DNA of 32,000 nt from Ktedonobacterales bacterium. GTDB lineage: Bacteria > Chloroflexota > Ktedonobacteria > Ktedonobacterales > JADMIN01. Where the stretch lies: contig CP126532.1 of assembly GCA_030167145.1 (NCBI GenBank), forward strand, positions 840,001 through 872,000, given 5' to 3'. The translations under genes were made by a program, and so were the position numbers. Below, in pieces: positions 26,553-32,000 of the stretch (positions are counted from its first letter, which is position 1; the number at the start of each line of letters is the position of its first letter). The notes under the pieces are model-generated. The model searched no databases. It was not told the origin of the DNA and saw only the letters and a program-made list of their open reading frames with translations.

Positions 26553-27041
26553 GAGCGTCGCTCCTCTCCCACCTTACCCCCTCCTTCGCCACGTGCCCTT
26601 TAGGATACGCCAGGGGGGCGCTGTCTGCAAGACCTGAATCTGGCTGCGGAAAGACACGCTAGAAATCAAGGAACTCGCGGCGTTGGCTTCAGGCTGCCAT
26701 CCACATCTGTAGACTGGATAGCATTCATTCGTCTGGTGAGAGGCAATTGGTCCCCGCTGGCTCCTCATAGAGCACTCGCGCGAGCACGAGCAAAAGACTG
26801 GGACTACAATTTGCCCTACCGTTCTTAGTCGCTCCGTGTGCGCACGAGCTGGCATCGTTCCTGCGTGCGCCGCAGATGTGGGTGGCCGCGCAACGTGTTG
26901 GCCAGCCAACGTGGCACGGCGAGGAATGCGCTTCACCAAGGATGGAGTACGGTCGCAGTGGCATCCAGCGAACACACGCAGGGCAGGCATGTGATACTTT
27001 CCGCACGTATCACTGCGCTGCGGTCGCGTCTCCGTGTCGCT

Positions 27042-28238
27042 ATGCCCGGCTTGAAACCACTTGCGCCGGTAGCGACCGTCGCTATCCTCCTTGCATTCTT
27101 CGCGCATATGTACTACCTGCGGTGGGGCTTCGACCACCTGATCTGGGGCCAGCACCAGCAGCCCACCGCCGTCCCTGCCTTCCTCGCCTTCAACAACATT
27201 GGCTATCGCTGGTCCGCCCGTATCGGCGATACCGCCGAAGCTGTCGCCCCGGCGGGCTATGATGGCCAGTTCTACTACTACATGGCGCGCGACCCCAGCA
27301 TCATCGCCGTCTGCGCGCAGGGCCGTACACATTGCCCCATAGACGCATCGCCGCTGCGAGAGCAGCGCATCCTCTATCCAATGGCCGCCCGTGTCCTGGC
27401 GCTGGGCAACCCCGACTGGCTGCACGCCACGCTCTTTCTGCTCGACGCGCTGGCCATCCTCATCACCGTCTTCATCGTTGGGCTGCTCTGCATCCAGGCG
27501 GGCGCATCGCCCTGGCTCGCCGCGGCGGTGGGTCTCTTCTGCGGCGAGCTGCTGGGCCTCGTTCGCGACCTTGCCGACCCCTTCGCCGTCATGTGGCTGG
27601 TGCTGGCGGTCTACTTCCTGCGCAAGAACCAGCCGCTCTGGTGCGCCGTCGCCCTGGCCGCCGCCGCGCTCACCCGCGAGCAACTCGCCATCGTCCTGCC
27701 GCTGTTCCTGCTGCCCTGGCTCGTTCAGCGCCGCAGGAATGCCACGCTGCTTGTCGCCGTCGTCGCGTTCGTCCCCTTCATCATCTGGCAAACCGCACTC
27801 TATCTCCTCTATCATCGCATCGGACTAACCGCCAGCCTCAACACCACCTCTGGGCTGCGCTTTCCCTTTCGCGCGCTCTGGGAACACCGCTCCGACCCGC
27901 GTTTCGGCCCCATCGTCGTCTTCGTCGCCATCCCGCTACTCGTGACATTGCTGTTGGCGCTGCTCGTCGCCTTCGGATGGCTGCGCCAGCGCGGCCCGCG
28001 TGCCTTGCTCGCCGACCCCATCCCACTGATTGTCTTGCTCTACGCGCTACTGGCTACCCTCACTGGTCCGCTAGAGTGGGAAGACATCCTCTCCTCAGCC
28101 CGGCTTATCACTCCCGTCGTCGCGCTCACCATCATCCTCGCCGCCAAAGCGCTGCCAGCGCCGCTGCGCGGAACGTATGCCGTGCTGCTCAGCGCCACAG
28201 CGCTCGCCATCTTCTTCATGCCGCCCATTTTATATTAG
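27042..28238 (+). CDS. polytopic (about 11-12 TM) membrane protein, GT-C-glycosyltransferase-like architecture (function uncertain)
   Basis: TM1 is followed by an ~90-aa loop containing AGYDGQFYYYMARDP, then many hydrophobic helices. The start is ATG 27042 or GTG 26991. The antisense 413-aa ORF is a shadow. Confidence 0.7.
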   Translation: MPGLKPLAPVATVAILLAFFAHMYYLRWGFDHLIWGQHQQPTAVPAFLAFNNIGYRWSARIGDTAEAVAPAGYDGQFYYYMARDPSIIAVCAQGRTHCPIDASPLREQRILYPMAARVLALGNPDWLHATLFLLDALAILITVFIVGLLCIQAGASPWLAAAVGLFCGELLGLVRDLADPFAVMWLVLAVYFLRKNQPLWCAVALAAAALTREQLAIVLPLFLLPWLVQRRRNATLLVAVVAFVPFIIWQTALYLLYHRIGLTASLNTTSGLRFPFRALWEHRSDPRFGPIVVFVAIPLLVTLLLALLVAFGWLRQRGPRALLADPIPLIVLLYALLATLTGPLEWEDILSSARLITPVVALTIILAAKALPAPLRGTYAVLLSATALAIFFMPPILY

Positions 28239-28242
28239 CGTG

Positions 28243-29610
28243 TCAATGAGGAAGGCGTGCCGCATGTGCAATCGCCTCACGGAAGCGCTCATCGCTCGCG
28301 CGAATAGCAGCGCGGTCTTTCTCCACGGTGATCTCGACAAGCGCACCCTCCACCACGGCGTCGGCCTGTGCCACCAGCGCGGCCTGCTGGTCCTCCGCTG
28401 TCAGCCACACGGACAGGCGCCCAAGAGTGGTGAGTAAGTGTGTCGTGACTGCTGTATTGCGCGCGCTCGCCTGGCGAACCTTATTGAAGGCCGCCTCGAT
28501 GACCTCGGTGATGGGATGCGGCTGGTCCAGCACACGCAAGGCGCCACCGCCATCGCGGTAGATGATCCAATCGCACGGGTATTGGGCGAGCGCGCGCACG
28601 CCCTCGCTCAGCCAGTCAATGCAGATCAGGGCATTGAAGGTGTTGTTGATCGCGGGCGAGAGGGCCAGCAAGGAGATCTGCACCAGCCGGTCTATCGCGA
28701 ATTCGAGATCCTGGCGCAGGGTGCGCTCCGGCCCAATTACCACTGCCTTCGCCAGCTCATCCATTAACGCCCCCGTCGCACGTTCCGACGGCCACACGTT
28801 GGCAATAGGCTCGCCAGCGAGTACAAACCGGCCGCGCTGATGCAGCAGGCGCAACGTAGCATCAGCACGCTCAGTAGCGCGCACCAACTGCTGATGATCC
28901 ACATACACGATGAAGCCGCTCTGCTCCGCCGCAACCGATGCGCCATCCGTCGTCAGCCGCGCGATAGCGTGTTTGATGTCTGGCGCCTGTGGGTCGTCCG
29001 CCCCCATGGTCCAGCCGTCGGCCTCGTGACGCCGCCGTACATCGTCTATCGCTCGCCACAAATCGCCCGCGACCACCGCCGCCACACGGGGCGACTGCAC
29101 TGAGACCGAGATGTTATAGATGAAGGCCAACAGGAGCGCCATGCTGATGACTACCAGCGCCAGGCAAATGGTGGCGGCGATACGCGGCACGAACGTTGCG
29201 CCAACCAGGCTGGCGAGCACGAAGAGGCTATAGAGGAAGATACCAACGAACACGCCGAGGGTTAGCCCGGTGATGCGACTGCGCATGAACAGCCGCAGGA
29301 GAAATGGTCCAAACTGCGATGAAGCCAGTTGCAGCACCACCAGACTGGAGGAGAAGACCAGCGCGATCACACTGATCGAAGCGGCGGCAATCGTCGAGAG
29401 CAGCGTGCGAAAATCATCTACGGTGCCGTCAAGCGCCCAGGTGGGCAGCGGGAGCAGGTTCGCCGCGACAGCGTGATCGGCCAGAATAGCGAGCACCGCG
29501 AGCAGAGCCAGACTGGCGACAGTGAGCGCGGGCAGCCCCCAGATTGGCCTATCCTCCGCTACCTGCCCCAGACGGAGTAGCGACTGGGTGGGTGGGTGAT
29601 ACCTTTTCAT
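28243..29610 (-). CDS. DUF2254 domain-containing membrane protein
   Basis: N-terminal TM bundle with LQLASSQFGPFLLRLFMRSRITGLTLGVFVGIFLYSLFVL (DUF2254-type motif), then a soluble C-terminal domain of about 250 aa. Confidence 0.8.
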   Translation of the reverse strand: MKRYHPPTQSLLRLGQVAEDRPIWGLPALTVASLALLAVLAILADHAVAANLLPLPTWALDGTVDDFRTLLSTIAAASISVIALVFSSSLVVLQLASSQFGPFLLRLFMRSRITGLTLGVFVGIFLYSLFVLASLVGATFVPRIAATICLALVVISMALLLAFIYNISVSVQSPRVAAVVAGDLWRAIDDVRRRHEADGWTMGADDPQAPDIKHAIARLTTDGASVAAEQSGFIVYVDHQQLVRATERADATLRLLHQRGRFVLAGEPIANVWPSERATGALMDELAKAVVIGPERTLRQDLEFAIDRLVQISLLALSPAINNTFNALICIDWLSEGVRALAQYPCDWIIYRDGGGALRVLDQPHPITEVIEAAFNKVRQASARNTAVTTHLLTTLGRLSVWLTAEDQQAALVAQADAVVEGALVEITVEKDRAAIRASDERFREAIAHAARLPH

Positions 29611-29867
29611 AGCCAGGCTTTCGCTGTAGCCGCGACATCCGCAAGGTCGCGCTCCTTCCGCATTTCAGCCGCGCAATCGCCGTGCCACCTTCTGAGCCGA
29701 TGGGCCGCCGCATTGACGCTCGCCAGCTTTTCCTGACATACGGACTGCGGATGCCAGCGCACGTTGCGCCGCACCGTTGCCTGCGCCTATCTCGCCAGCG
29801 CCGGCTAGAGCGCCCCCGCAGCGACCCACCCGTTCCTATGCAGAAACACACGCATTCTACACTCCGT

Positions 29868-29907
29868 CGTAGGATGGCGTAGGATGGCGTAGGATGGCGT
29901 AGGATGG
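29868..29907. repeat. perfect tandem direct repeat, 4 x 10 bp (CGTAGGATGG)
   Basis: Read directly: cgtaggatgg cgtaggatgg cgtaggatgg cgtaggatgg. It ends 33 bp upstream of the -35 of the tRNA-Glu promoter candidate. Confidence 0.95.
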
Positions 29908-29940
29908 TATCTTGAGGTCTGGTGAGAGGTAACACACTGC

Positions 29941-29970
29941 TTGACGCGCCCGGCCATTGTCGTGTAAAAT
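29941..29970 (+). promoter_or_regulatory. sigma-70-like promoter candidate for tRNA-Glu (TTGACG-N18-TAAAAT)
   Basis: Hexamers read directly. The -10 ends 41 nt upstream of the mature tRNA 5' end. Confidence 0.5.
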
Positions 29971-30011
29971 ACACCTCGCGGGCGCAATTCAGCGCGTTCT
30001 GCGGACTGCAT

Positions 30012-30088
30012 GGCGCATTCGTCTAGCGGCCTAGGACATCGCCCTCTCAAGGCGAAGACCACGGGTTCGAATCCCGTATGCGCTACCA
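30012..30088 (+). tRNA. tRNA-Glu (anticodon CUC), CCA encoded
   Basis: Cloverleaf folded by hand. Acceptor GGCGCAT/ATGCGCT (G1-U72 wobble). D arm GTCT-AGCGGCCTA-GGAC. Anticodon stem TCGCC/GGCGA with loop CTCTCAA. Variable AGACC. T arm ACGGG-TTCGAAT-CCCGT. Discriminator A plus CCA. Confidence 0.88.
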
Positions 30089-30094
30089 TTGAAG

Positions 30095-30125
30095 CCCTCA
30101 GGACGATTCCTGAGGGTCTTTTCTT
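30095..30125 (+). terminator. rho-independent terminator after tRNA-Glu (CCCTCAGGA-cgat-TCCTGAGGG + TCTTTTCTT)
   Basis: Perfect 9-bp stem, 4-nt loop and a T-rich tail, read directly. Confidence 0.85.
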
Positions 30126-30291
30126 GCCTTCATGTTGGACTTGCTACCATCTGCCGGTGTCGCCAGACTTGCCGAATTCGCACTTCCACCTCTACTGCCT
30201 CCCAACCCAACCAAAAATCGCACACGCGCCCATCTCCTTCGCGCGCTGTACTAATTTCTTCAGCGTCAGTCGTCGCTGCGGCCCGTGAGAT

Positions 30292-30885
30292 TCAGGCCGA
30301 TCCGGCCCCCGTCCTTGCGTTCCTCGGTGGGGGGTCGTCTTCGGAGTCGTGAGCCTGCGTCTCCCCCGGTGGAGCGGGAGGTTGCGCCTCATCGGCGCTG
30401 AGGGCGCTGTGCAGCACCAGCGTCCAGGACTGGAAGAAGAGGAGAAACAGTCCCACGCCAGCCGTGATGGCCAGCAGCAGGAAGGGGAAGGCTGACTGGG
30501 GCCGGAGCAGTCCGACAATGCCTGCCAACAGCGGCGCAGGGATGAGGAGATCGGCAAGGACCACGAGCGCGATATTCATGCCGGAGGTACGCAGCTGGAT
30601 CTGTCGCGAGCCGATGAATACACTCTCGCCGGCTCCCACGGCGATGAGCAACCAGCCGCCAACAGGCGCAGTGCTGGCGGGCATCAGCATGATGAGCGCC
30701 CAGGCGACACCCAGCAGAAAGCCAAAGGCGGCAGCGAAGGCGCGCGCCCGCATTATGGGATGGCTGAGGATTGGCCACGGATGCAGCGACATCGCGACAA
30801 ACACCAGGCCAGCAAGCGCCGCCGAGGCGCCCGCAAGCGCCGTAAAGAACGGCTGCCATTGCTGGACCACAACTGAGTCAGCCAT
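30292..30885 (-). CDS. 5-TM membrane protein with Pro/acidic disordered tail, putative paralogue of 24142-24636
   Basis: GGAGAGGGAG SD. Hydrophobic segments are collinear with the HK-linked membrane protein. The C-terminal ~45 aa are low-complexity (DEAQPPAPPGETQAHDSEDDPPP). Confidence 0.6.
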   Translation of the reverse strand: MADSVVVQQWQPFFTALAGASAALAGLVFVAMSLHPWPILSHPIMRARAFAAAFGFLLGVAWALIMLMPASTAPVGGWLLIAVGAGESVFIGSRQIQLRTSGMNIALVVLADLLIPAPLLAGIVGLLRPQSAFPFLLLAITAGVGLFLLFFQSWTLVLHSALSADEAQPPAPPGETQAHDSEDDPPPRNARTGAGSA

Positions 30886-31051
30886 ATGCGCTCCCTCTCC
30901 GACAGGTCAGTCAGCCGAGTTCCCAGAGCGCATGCTACCACTCAGCGCATCTGGGCACGCTGTCCAAACCAGCGCCCAGCCAGGAGACATCAGCGGAGTC
31001 TCGACCCACTCAGTAGCCGTACAAGCGCCGAAATCAATTCAGCAGGCTTGA

Positions 31052-31690
31052 TCAGCGGCGCAACCTGCTTGCCACCAAGTGAGCGTCTGCCGCAATCGGT
31101 CCGACATCTTCCAGGTAATGACCCGCGCAAAGCGAGGCGTAGGTAACGGCCGCTTCCCCATCTATTGCAACTTGGTCACCTTCCGCCACAAAGCGCCCGT
31201 TTACCATGCGCGCATTAAACTGCGCCCGGTGCTCGCACCCGCCACCATGGCCGCACATAGCAATAGATTCCCGAAGCTCGTGGGCAATTTCCAAGAGCCT
31301 CAGGCTGCCAGGAAAACTGCGCGTTCTAAAGTCGGTGCGTAAGCCCCAGGCCATCACGGGGATCGCGTGACGGACCGCTAGCGCTAACAGTTGGTCCACC
31401 TGTGCTGGCTGTAAAAACTGCGCCTCATCCACCAGCACGGCACTGATACGCGCCATTGCTTCTCTTCTCTGTAGCACCTCCGCCTCTACATCCATGTCCG
31501 GCGTGGTGAGAAAGTCTGCTTCGCGACGTAAGCCGATGCGAGACACTAGGTGGCGGTCGCCCTTCGTGTCCACGGCTGGCTTGGTAATGAGTACGCGGCC
31601 ACCGTGCTCCTCAAAATTGTGCGCGGCCGCCAACAACTGGGTGGTTTTTTGCGCACCCATCGTACCGTGAGTAAAGTACAGCTTTGCCAT
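31052..31690 (-). CDS. tdk: thymidine kinase
   Basis: MAKLYFTHGTMGAQKTTQLL (P-loop), VLVDEAQFL, and a C-terminal Zn-ribbon-like C..C...C..H region (CGHGGGCEH ... LCAGHY). Confidence 0.92.
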   Translation of the reverse strand: MAKLYFTHGTMGAQKTTQLLAAAHNFEEHGGRVLITKPAVDTKGDRHLVSRIGLRREADFLTTPDMDVEAEVLQRREAMARISAVLVDEAQFLQPAQVDQLLALAVRHAIPVMAWGLRTDFRTRSFPGSLRLLEIAHELRESIAMCGHGGGCEHRAQFNARMVNGRFVAEGDQVAIDGEAAVTYASLCAGHYLEDVGPIAADAHLVASRLRR

Positions 31691-32000
31691 GTACTACCAC
31701 ATCCCTTTCGATTGTTGGCGTTCGACCTAACCGTCGCTGTGATTCCCGCTGTCCTCCAACGAGCGGGGCCAGGGGAAGGTCGCATCAGGTCAGGCGCCAG
31801 CAACTCAGCCGGAAGGAGTATAACGTGATTTTCCGGATAAGGCTAGCGGTTTTGTTACAAACCAAGAGTTACCATGTCTGTGGCATAGCTGTTTTTTGGA
31901 TTGGTGCAACTGATCTTCTTTGCTGTCGACCTGGATCGCCTCAACGCGCCAAACGCCACTACCCACTGGACGAGCAGCGGCCAGTCTACAATCCCTGGGG

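Noticed and set aside
26574-27815. 413-aa minus-strand ORF running from inside the GT-C-like gene through the 490-bp spacer to 21 nt before the response-regulator start
   Set aside because: Most of it is the antisense of a Leu/Ala/Val-rich membrane gene, giving a D/E/G/Q/R-rich product. No SD precedes any internal ATG. The last ~64 codons in the spacer (MRSQRGPIASH...) have no recognisable features. I cannot support it as a gene, though a small upstream ORF cannot be fully excluded.
29868-29907. Tandem repeat considered as a CRISPR array or minisatellite within a gene
   Set aside because: The units are only 10 bp, are contiguous with no spacers, and lie in an intergenic region. The ORFs predicted across it (29549-29974 and 29805-30089, minus strand) have no coding support. 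It is reported instead as a regulatory-repeat candidate.
30012-31690. tRNA-Glu as an integration site of a genomic island (tRNA + membrane protein + tdk)
   Set aside because: No integrase or recombinase is present. The only downstream match to the tRNA 3' end is an 8-nt GCTACCAT at about 30143-30150, too short to call an att repeat. tdk is a housekeeping gene.
31825-32000. Open frames running to the right edge of the window. One starts at GTG 31825 after GGAAGGAG. Another starts at TTG 31901 / GTG 31904 and has G/C-rich third positions.
   Set aside because: The 31825 frame begins with many rare A/T-ending codons for this genome. The 31901 frame has no convincing SD and only about 33 codons are visible. 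Neither has a recognisable motif, so there is too little sequence to support a call. A gene may start near here.

Overview
High-G+C bacterial chromosomal window. The gene content and protein sequences look Chloroflexota-like, but that is a guess I cannot verify here. I support about 31 protein genes, one tRNA, several stem-loops or terminators and a few sigma-70-like promoters. The left two thirds look like housekeeping genes. They comprise the 3' part of a PLP cysteine-synthase/cystathionine-beta-synthase-type enzyme with a CBS pair, a CxxC redoxin, a CDF metal exporter and a five-gene Dpp/Opp-type peptide ABC importer. They also include an HD-domain (COG1078/SAMHD1-like) phosphohydrolase coupled to a small membrane protein, an MFS exporter, a GNAT, a DUF1684 protein and a spermidine-synthase-like methyltransferase. 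Completing this part are trxB, groES-groEL, and divergent panD/panE. The right third (about 22.1-30.9 kb) looks more accessory. On the minus strand it holds a ParE/RelE-like toxin-antitoxin pair in a visibly lower-G+C pocket and a co-directional block of REC-only response regulator, multi-TM histidine kinase, 5-TM protein, Cys-rich lipoprotein and membrane-anchored alpha/beta hydrolase. It also holds a divergent GT-C-like polytopic membrane protein, a DUF2254 membrane protein, tRNA-Glu(CUC) with its own promoter and terminator, a second copy of the 5-TM protein type, and tdk. I found no CRISPR array, transposase, integrase or recognisable known defence system. The best leads for something undescribed are: (i) the tightly coupled REC/HK/5-TM/lipoprotein/hydrolase module; (ii) a perfect 4 x 10-bp tandem repeat upstream of the tRNA-Glu promoter; (iii) a CDF transporter with three tandem C-terminal domains; (iv) a long structured leader with a possible leaderless 33-codon ORF ahead of the MFS gene; (v) a perfect 16-bp palindrome at the trxB promoter, shared with a divergent CxxC membrane-anchored protein. 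All functional calls rest on by-eye motif recognition. No searches were run.
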